Assembly: GCA_964243385.1 (NCBI GenBank)
Contig: CAXTFU010000007.1
Span: forward strand, 1 to 36,732
Reading direction: 5' to 3'
Source of the DNA: an uncultured bacterium
GTDB lineage: Bacteria > Actinomycetota > Actinomycetes > Mycobacteriales > SCTD01
Length of the DNA stretch: 36,732 nucleotides
Position numbers and translations under genes: made by a program. Every line of letters begins with the position of its first letter. Position 1 is the stretch's first letter. Positions 17,892 through 23,980 of the stretch are shown one piece after another. The notes under the pieces are model-generated. The model saw nothing but the letters and a program-made list of their open reading frames with translations. It made no database searches and was not told the DNA's origin.

Positions 17892-17900
17892 AGTAATCGC

Positions 17901-18203
17901 ATGGCGCGATCAGGGCAAACGGAGGCGGACCGGGAGTACGGGGCCAGGCTCGGGCGGGCGCTGGCGGCGGCCCGAGCCGGCACCGGCCTGAGCGGCGGGC
18001 AGTTGTCGGACCGGTGCGGGGTCAGCGTCGACGCGATACGCAGCGTCGAGAGCGGCCGCGTCGCCAGCCCGGGCTTCCCGCTCGTCGCCGCGCTCGGGGG
18101 CGCGCTCGGGGTCTCGCTGGACGCCTTGGCGCTGCAGGCCGCGGACTCCGACCACCGGACCGCCCGCGCGACGGCCGCCGGCCAGACCCGGGGCCGGCGA
18201 TGA
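17901..18203 (+). CDS. XRE-family HTH transcriptional regulator
   Basis: The XRE-type HTH reads LSGGQLSDRCGVSVDAIRSVESGR. The protein is 100 aa. Its stop overlaps the next ATG (ATGA at 18200-18203). Confidence 0.8.
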   Translation: MARSGQTEADREYGARLGRALAAARAGTGLSGGQLSDRCGVSVDAIRSVESGRVASPGFPLVAALGGALGVSLDALALQAADSDHRTARATAAGQTRGRR

Positions 18204-19063
18204 GCGCCGCCGCTGCGCTCCGGCCGACGCTCCCAGCGGGCGCCGGGCACGGCCCGCACGGGTCCCGAGGACGTCTGGAGGGCTTGCGCGTATCGCCCGA
18301 CCTGCGGCGCGACGTCTGGTGGGGCCAGCCCTGGCAGCTCGCCACCGCGTCCTACTGGACGGCGCTCGCGCTGGCGCTGCCGGGCCCGGCCACCTACCGG
18401 CTCGGCCGCACGCTCGACGAGGAGGTCGCCGCGTGTCTCCTGGGCGGCCACGGCATCCCGGGACCGATCGGGAACGCCGCGTTCCGCGCGGTGCGGGACG
18501 CCGGCCTCCTCGACGGAGCTCCCGTCCCGGGGCCCGAGCCAATCGAGCGCCTGCTGCGCCAGCCGCTCACGGTCCGCGGAGCAACCATGAGATACCGGTT
18601 CCCTCGCCAACGGGCGCGGCGGCTGTCGGCCGCGCTCGGCCACGTCCGATCTTCGGCGCCGCCCGAGGACGACGTCGAGCTCCGGGACTGGCTCACCGGC
18701 GCCCCTGGCATCGGAATGAAAACGGCGAGCTGGGTCGTCCGTAACCACCGCGCCAGCGACCGCGTCGCGATCATCGACGTCCACGTGCAGCGGGCCGGGA
18801 CCGCCGCCGGCGTCTTCGATCCGGCGTGGCGGCTGCCCCGCCAGTACACGCTGCTCGAGCGGGCGTTCCTTGCCTGGGCGGCGGCAGGCGGGGTCTCCGC
18901 GGCCCGCCTCGACGCCTGCATCTGGGCCGAGCTGGCCGGGGCCGGTGCCCACGCGCGCGACGTCCTCGGGGTCGCGCGCCTGTCCGACACGCCCGTTCCG
19001 GTATGGCCGTGCGCGCAGAGCGCTGGCTTCGGCGCCCCGCATCCGGCCGGGCCGCCGACGTGA
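18200..19063 (+). CDS. HhH-GPD superfamily N-glycosylase/DNA lyase, Ogg2 type (COG1059-like)
   Basis: From memory it aligns block by block with archaeal Ogg (M. jannaschii type). The blocks are CLLGGHGIPGPIGN, YRFPRQRARRL, LRDWLTGAPGIGMKTASWVVRNHRASDRVAIIDVHVQRA (HhH, with Lys in GMKTAS and Asp in IIDVH) and LPRQYTLLERAFLAWAAAGGVSAARLDACIW. Confidence 0.8.
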   Translation: MSAAAALRPTLPAGAGHGPHGSRGRLEGLRVSPDLRRDVWWGQPWQLATASYWTALALALPGPATYRLGRTLDEEVAACLLGGHGIPGPIGNAAFRAVRDAGLLDGAPVPGPEPIERLLRQPLTVRGATMRYRFPRQRARRLSAALGHVRSSAPPEDDVELRDWLTGAPGIGMKTASWVVRNHRASDRVAIIDVHVQRAGTAAGVFDPAWRLPRQYTLLERAFLAWAAAGGVSAARLDACIWAELAGAGAHARDVLGVARLSDTPVPVWPCAQSAGFGAPHPAGPPT

Positions 19064-19133
19064 CCGCCGAGCGCGCCGGCCGGCAGCGGGGCACTATCTT
19101 CCCGCAGCGGACCACGGCGGGGGACGGAGACGG

Positions 19134-19460
19134 GTGAGCGGTAGCGATCCGAGCGTGCAGCGGACGGGCTCGGGCGGGGAAGGGGCCGACGAGTGCCCCG
19201 GGCAGGCCTTCGAAACGGTCCTGGCATCGCCGGAACCTGATGCGGTCGCCGGGCTCGAGGCAGACGACCTCCTGGACATCGTCGCGGTCGACGCCCCCAC
19301 CCGCGGCGTGCACGCCCGGACACTCGACGGCGCCTACGTGGGCGCCGTCGTCAGGGACATCGCCCGGCTGCGTCGCTGCATCGCGTCCGGCAGCCGCTAC
19401 GAGGCGGACGTCGTGCGCGTGGCAGGCGGATCAGTGACAGTCGTGGTGCGGTCCGCGTGA
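19134..19460 (+). CDS. Small hypothetical protein (108 aa)
   Basis: The in-frame GTG has GGAG 5 nt upstream. Composition is acidic and balanced (ETVLASPEPDAVAGLEADDLLDIVAVD...YVGAVVRDIARLRRCIASGSRYEADVVRVAGGSVTVVVR). Its stop overlaps the next start (GTGA at 19457-19460). I recognise no family. Confidence 0.5.
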   Translation: MSGSDPSVQRTGSGGEGADECPGQAFETVLASPEPDAVAGLEADDLLDIVAVDAPTRGVHARTLDGAYVGAVVRDIARLRRCIASGSRYEADVVRVAGGSVTVVVRSA

Positions 19461-20683
19461 TCGTCGTCGGCGGCACCTACCGCGAAGAGGTCGCGCTCCC
19501 GTCCTGGGTAGCGCTCGCAGGCTCCGGCCTGAGGGCCGCCGCCGCGCTGAGCCAGGCTCCCGTGCCCCCCGGGCTCCTCACCGCGCTTGACGACGACACG
19601 CAGGACGAGGCGGAGCTGGTCTGCGACGCGCTCGGCGTCGTCGTCAACAGCGCGGTCGATCGCACCGAACCGGTCGGCTTCAGCTACTTCACGCCGCTCA
19701 GCGCCCCCCGGGTGAACGGGCCGAAGTCGCGCCTGCGCAACGGCCTGCGCGGCGAGGACGACACGGTCCTGGCGTTCGGGCTCGTCGAAGCCGGAGACGT
19801 CGTCCTGCGCGGCCGCACCGTCGTGCTGGACCCGCAGCGCCCGCGCGACCTCGCGCCGTTCTCGGCGGACAACGTCGAGGCTGACCGCTTGGTCGTGGTC
19901 GCCAACACGAGCGAGATCCGTCAGTTCGGGGAGGCGACCGGTGAACGAGAGGCGGCCGAGGCGCTGCTCGGGCGGGGCGTCGACGCCGTGATCACGAAGC
20001 GTGCCGCGGCCGGGTGCACCGTGAGCTGGCTGGAGGGCTCCGCGGCCCGGCACGAGGACGTCGGGGCTCGCCCGACCGCCAGGGTCTGGCCGATAGGCAG
20101 CGGCGACGTGTTCTCCGCCGGGCTCGCGCACGCCCTCGACCGCGGCGCGGACCTCGTGGAGGCGGCGCGCGTCGGGTCGGCCGCGGCCGCGCACTGGTGC
20201 TCTACGCAGGTAGCGGCCCTGCCCGGGCCGATCCTCGCCGGAACCGCCGCCGACCTGCCAGCCCCGCTTCCGCCCGCCCGGCCGCTGGTCTATCTCGCCG
20301 GGCCTTTCTTCTCGGCAGGCGAGCGGTGGCTCGTCGAGGAGCTGCGCACGAGCCTGCGCAGCCTCGGCGTGGACGTCTTCTCGCCTCTGCACGACGTCGG
20401 CACCGGAGGGCCCGAGGTGGCGCAGGCAGATCTGGACGGCCTGCGCCTGTGCGACTCCGTCCTCGCCCTCCTCGACGGCGCGGATCCCGGCACGGTCTTC
20501 GAGGTCGGCTGGGCCGTCCGTGACGGGACGCCCGTCGTCGGCTACGCGACCGCGCTCGACGCGGAGGTCAGCAAGATGATGTCCGGCACCGAAGTCGAGC
20601 TGCACCGTGACCTTTCCACCGCCTGCTACCGCGCGGCGTGGGCGGGCATGGGCATGCGCGTCGTTCCCGGCTGGGCCGGATGA
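19457..20683 (+). CDS. Fusion protein: PfkB-family sugar/nucleoside kinase domain plus nucleoside 2-deoxyribosyltransferase-like domain
   Basis: The N-terminal ~265 aa have the ribokinase/PfkB fold signature WPIGSGDVFSAGLAHAL (GxGD catalytic motif). The C-terminal ~130 aa carry NDT-family motifs VYLAGPFFSAGER and DGADPGTVFEVGWA, which retains the conserved Glu. That motif is followed by GTPVVGY. Confidence 0.85.
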   Translation: MIVVGGTYREEVALPSWVALAGSGLRAAAALSQAPVPPGLLTALDDDTQDEAELVCDALGVVVNSAVDRTEPVGFSYFTPLSAPRVNGPKSRLRNGLRGEDDTVLAFGLVEAGDVVLRGRTVVLDPQRPRDLAPFSADNVEADRLVVVANTSEIRQFGEATGEREAAEALLGRGVDAVITKRAAAGCTVSWLEGSAARHEDVGARPTARVWPIGSGDVFSAGLAHALDRGADLVEAARVGSAAAAHWCSTQVAALPGPILAGTAADLPAPLPPARPLVYLAGPFFSAGERWLVEELRTSLRSLGVDVFSPLHDVGTGGPEVAQADLDGLRLCDSVLALLDGADPGTVFEVGWAVRDGTPVVGYATALDAEVSKMMSGTEVELHRDLSTACYRAAWAGMGMRVVPGWAG

Positions 20684-21324
20684 CCGCCGCGGACGGCCGT
20701 CGCCTCTCCCTGCTGCTGCTCTCCGGCGGGCTCGACAGCACCGCGCTCGCCGCCCGTGACCGCCCCGACCTCACCCTGTTCGTCGACTACGGGCAGCGCC
20801 CGGCGCGCGCCGAGGCGAGGGCAGCCGGTGCTGTCGCCGCAGAGCTCGGGCTGCCGCACGCACGCGTGCGCGTCGACGCGACCGCCGTCGGGTCCGGGCT
20901 CATGTCCGCGACCGAGTCCTCGGCCAGCAACGCCCGTCCCAGCCCCGAATGGTGGCCATTCCGCAACCAGCTCCTCGTCACGGTCGCCGCCGCCTGGCTC
21001 GTCCGGTCCGGCCACATAGGCCCGGACGGCCCCGGCGCCGACATAGCCGTCGGCTCCGTGCGGCAGGACGGCAGGCGCCATCTCGACGGAACCGCCGCTT
21101 TCTACGCGGCGCTCGACGCGCTGCTGCGGACCCAGGAATTCAGCATCGGCTGCGTCGCGCCCGCCCTGGACCAGTCGACGGAGGACCTGGTCACAGCCGG
21201 CGCGACCACCGACGCCGTACTCGGGTGGACCCACTCGTGCCATGTCGCCGACGCCCCGTGCATGGCCTGCCCCGGCTGTCACAAGCGCGAGCAGGTGCTC
21301 GATGCCGTCGGGCGGCTGAGATGA
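20680..21324 (+). CDS. queC: QueC-like 7-cyano-7-deazaguanine synthase family protein (PP-loop ATPase)
   Basis: The PP-loop is LLLSGGLDSTAL. DYGQR and WWPFRNQLLVTVAAAW (compare FVPGRN in QueC) are present. The C-terminal zinc cluster SCHVADAPCMACPGCHKR follows C-x6-C-x2-C-x2-C. It has ATGA overlaps at both ends (20680 and 21321). Confidence 0.85.
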   Translation: MTAADGRRLSLLLLSGGLDSTALAARDRPDLTLFVDYGQRPARAEARAAGAVAAELGLPHARVRVDATAVGSGLMSATESSASNARPSPEWWPFRNQLLVTVAAAWLVRSGHIGPDGPGADIAVGSVRQDGRRHLDGTAAFYAALDALLRTQEFSIGCVAPALDQSTEDLVTAGATTDAVLGWTHSCHVADAPCMACPGCHKREQVLDAVGRLR

Positions 21325-22253
21325 AGGAATCGGCTGCGAGCCCGACCGTCGCCCCGCTTGCCCCGGAAGGCGACCACCTGACGATCCGGCTCGACGCCAA
21401 CGGGGCAGCCGCAGGCACCGATGACGGCACCATGTGGGCGCTCGGCCACGAGACGGCCGCCCGGATCCGCGAGCTCGCGTCCTCGCTTCGCCCCGCCGTC
21501 GGCGCTGAAGGCCCGACTCCCGCCGCGCGGGCGTCCTACGGCGAGGCCGACCGGCTCCGGATCGTCGACTCCGCGGACGCCCCCGCCGTCGCCACCCCGA
21601 CGGACCACTGGGTCCAGCGACTCGCCGCCGACGTCTGCCGACCGGTGCCGTCGCCGCCCCGCCGGCCCCGCGCGCCGTCGCGGCCGCTCGACCAGGTGCT
21701 CACGGAACGCGCCTCGCGGGCCGGCACAGGCCCGGTCCCCGGCGACACCCTCCACGTCCTCCTCGAACGGCTCCGCGAGCCGAGGCAAACCGCCCTGGAC
21801 GCCGCCGGACGGGCCTGGGAGAGCCGCCCCTACCCCTCGGCCGGAGGCACCCACAGCCTCGACGTACTCGTCCTCGCCAGGCACGTCACGGGCTGGCGCA
21901 ACGGCTGGTACAGGTGGCAGCCCCACGACGGCCCGGTGCCCGTCCTCCCGCCGCGGACCCGCGACGCCGTCACGGCCATCGGCCTCGCGCTCCGCGGCCG
22001 GGAGACCAGCGCGTACCTGCTCGCGGTCGCCGACCTGCCGCTCCTGCACGCCCGCTACCCGAACGGCGCCGCCCTCGGCTGGCGCGACGCGGGCTGCCTG
22101 CTCGCGACCGCCCACCTCATCGCGACCGACCTCGGCCTCGCTTCCACGATCGTCGGCGCGACCGCCGCGCTCGACCCTGCCTGCGGCAGCGCCCGTCCCG
22201 GCGACATACGCCTGCTCGGCGCGCTCGCCCTCGCCGGCCCTCCGGCCACGTGA
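21321..22253 (+). CDS. SagB/ThcOx-type nitroreductase-superfamily protein with a ~140-aa N-terminal extension
   Basis: The sequence RPYPSAGGTHSLDVLVLARHVTGWRNGWYRWQP...YLLAVADL...GWRDAGCLLATAHLIATDLGLAS matches the SagB-type dehydrogenase pattern (R-x-x-PSAG...Y.Y). I do not recognise the N-terminal part. Confidence 0.7.
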   Translation: MKESAASPTVAPLAPEGDHLTIRLDANGAAAGTDDGTMWALGHETAARIRELASSLRPAVGAEGPTPAARASYGEADRLRIVDSADAPAVATPTDHWVQRLAADVCRPVPSPPRRPRAPSRPLDQVLTERASRAGTGPVPGDTLHVLLERLREPRQTALDAAGRAWESRPYPSAGGTHSLDVLVLARHVTGWRNGWYRWQPHDGPVPVLPPRTRDAVTAIGLALRGRETSAYLLAVADLPLLHARYPNGAALGWRDAGCLLATAHLIATDLGLASTIVGATAALDPACGSARPGDIRLLGALALAGPPAT

Positions 22254-22801
22254 ACGCCAGGAAGCACCGCCGCGGTGAGGACGCTCCCGCCAAGGACGCC
22301 GCCGAGCTCGACCTCCTCCCGCGCGGCCCCCAGCCCAGGACGGTCACCGTCACCCGAGACGGCGTGGAGGGCGCGGCGCCCCAGGCGCCCGAAGGCAGCG
22401 TCGACGTCGCCTCCGTGACCGTGGCCGGACGGAGCGTCAGGGCTTACGAGCTGATGGCCCTCGCAGCGGGACGGCGCACAACCGAGATCAGCAGCCGCCA
22501 GGCGGTGCGGGCCTTGCAGGAGATGGGCTTCGCCGTCACCGGCCCCGCCGGCGGCGCACGCCCGCCGGCAGCCTCACCGCAAGGGCCCGGAGCGCCCGCG
22601 CCGTCCGAGCAGCCGGTACTTGACCCGCGAACGGCCAAGGACCTGCGGCGTTACCCGGGCGAGTGGGTCGCCGTGCGAGGACGGCACATCGCGGCGCACG
22701 GCCCGAGCCTTCGGGCCGTGCTCGCCGAGGCCCGGCCCAGCGAGGACGACCCGGCAACGGTGCTCTGGGTGCCGCGCGGCGCCGGCGAGGCACGCGCATG
22801 A
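22250..22801 (+). CDS. Hypothetical protein with a DUF5678-like C-terminal domain
   Basis: The GTG start overlaps the previous stop (GTGA). The C-terminus YPGEWVAVRGRHIAAHGPSLRAVLAEARPSEDDPATVLWVP fits the W-V-A-h...G...h-h-A-x-G...L...h...A pattern I associate with DUF5678. The central part is low-complexity. Confidence 0.55.
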   Translation: MNARKHRRGEDAPAKDAAELDLLPRGPQPRTVTVTRDGVEGAAPQAPEGSVDVASVTVAGRSVRAYELMALAAGRRTTEISSRQAVRALQEMGFAVTGPAGGARPPAASPQGPGAPAPSEQPVLDPRTAKDLRRYPGEWVAVRGRHIAAHGPSLRAVLAEARPSEDDPATVLWVPRGAGEARA

Positions 22802-23205
22802 AGTTCCCGTTCGGCACGCTGCCGCTGCAAGCGGCCCGCAGGCCAATCGTCAGCGTCACCTTCCCCGGACTGCCCGGCGTCCGCGTCCCGGCGCTCGTAG
22901 ACAGCGGAGCCACAGCCAACCGCTTCGACGTCGCGTTCGCCCAGCAGCTCGGGCTCGACCTGACCCAGGCCCGACAGCAGACGCTGAGGATCGCAGGCGG
23001 CCAATACTTCGCCCACGTCCTCGAGACCCGGCTCCGCGTCGGACGATGGGAGTGGCAGGCGCCCGTCGGATTCGTCGAGGGATGGACGCACCCTCACGGC
23101 GTCCTAGGCATCGACGGCTTCTTCGACCGCTTCACGGTCAGGTTCGAGGCCGCGTCGTCGTATCTCGTGGTCCAGAGCAGGTCCCGGCAGGGCAAGGACC
23201 TCTGA
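22798..23205 (+). CDS. Retropepsin-like (clan AA) aspartic protease
   Basis: The active-site motif is ALVDSGATAN (D-S-G-A), and the downstream motif is GVLGIDGFFDRF (hhG-x-D). The size of 135 aa fits a single-lobe, homodimeric retropepsin-like fold. The start overlaps the previous stop (ATGA at 22798-22801). Confidence 0.7.
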   Translation: MKFPFGTLPLQAARRPIVSVTFPGLPGVRVPALVDSGATANRFDVAFAQQLGLDLTQARQQTLRIAGGQYFAHVLETRLRVGRWEWQAPVGFVEGWTHPHGVLGIDGFFDRFTVRFEAASSYLVVQSRSRQGKDL

Positions 23206-23213
23206 CCGTCCCG

Positions 23214-23236
23214 GGCGACGTCAGGACATCGTCGCC
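23214..23236 (+). terminator. Weak candidate terminator hairpin after the operon
   Basis: The structure is GGCGACG-(9 nt)-CGTCGCC, a 7-bp stem that starts 9 nt after the stop at 23205. No U-tract follows. Confidence 0.25.
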
Positions 23237-23980
23237 GAGACCCGGTCGCGCATGAGCCTGCCAGGGCGCACGTCAGGCCTGACCAGCCGGTGGGGACGAA
23301 CCGGTCAAGCCGCACCGTGCCGCCGGGCCGCCTCGCCGACCGGTCGCCGCTCAGCGCCCCGTGCGCCAGACGGCATTCGTGCGGGATAGGCGGAGCGAGG
23401 ATCCGCCCAGAACCGTTCCGCTCAGCGGCCGTTCACCAGCCCGAACCTGGCGCGGGCCTCCCGGGACAGACGCCGGACCGGCTCCGCTGCTGCGGCCCGC
23501 GACAAGCCGGCGGCCGGCGGTCGGCACGTATTCGGCCGAGCCTGGCGACCCGCCTGCCGTGGCGCGGGGCGCGGGGCGCGGCCAGCGTGACGACCCGGCG
23601 GGTCGCCGCAAACGGACAACGAGCCCTGGCGGCGCAGCCGACCGCGTCGAAGGAGGGCGCCCTCCCGCGGCGACGGCGGGCCGCAGGCCGCGTTCGGCAC
23701 CGGGGCGCACTCCGGAGGGCTGGGCCGCCGCCGCAGCAGCCGCACGACGACCGCTCCTCGCCCGCACCGCGAGCCGCTCAGGAGCTCAGGTTGTTGTAGT
23801 GGTCGGCCCCGGCAGCCGCGCGAGGAGCCTAGCGCCGCGCAGGGAAGCAGCAGGCGGCGGCCCGAGCTCTCGATCCGTTAACTGAGCCGGTCGCGGCTCC
23901 TGCGGGACCGGGTTCCTGGACGACGCCGGCGGTGAGCCAGCGGTGGGCCGCGGTGGCAGCGGCCGGGGGCTGCACCCGAG

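Noticed and set aside
17858-17900. A preQ1 riboswitch upstream of queD.
   Set aside because: The whole leader plus promoter is only 43 bp and is shared with a divergent gene. I could not find the conserved preQ1 aptamer hairpin and A-rich tail.
17910-19323. Minus-strand ORFs 17910-18542, 18394-19323 and 18771-19313, and the 5' extension of 17507-19042.
   Set aside because: They lie antisense to the XRE and Ogg2-like genes. Only the last 116 codons of 17507-19042 (queD) are real.
19397-20605. A 402-aa minus-strand ORF.
   Set aside because: It lies antisense to the PfkB::NDT gene, which has clear motifs and high third-position GC.
16803-23205. The idea that the locus is a type IV CBASS, a Dpd DNA-modification cluster or a Qat system.
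   Set aside because: I see no CD-NTase/SMODS, no TGT/DpdA-family transglycosylase, no DpdB-K-like helicases or ATPases, and no QatA/B/D-like (ATPase or TatD) genes. Only individual components (QueC-like, OGG-like) are shared, so none of these labels is justified.
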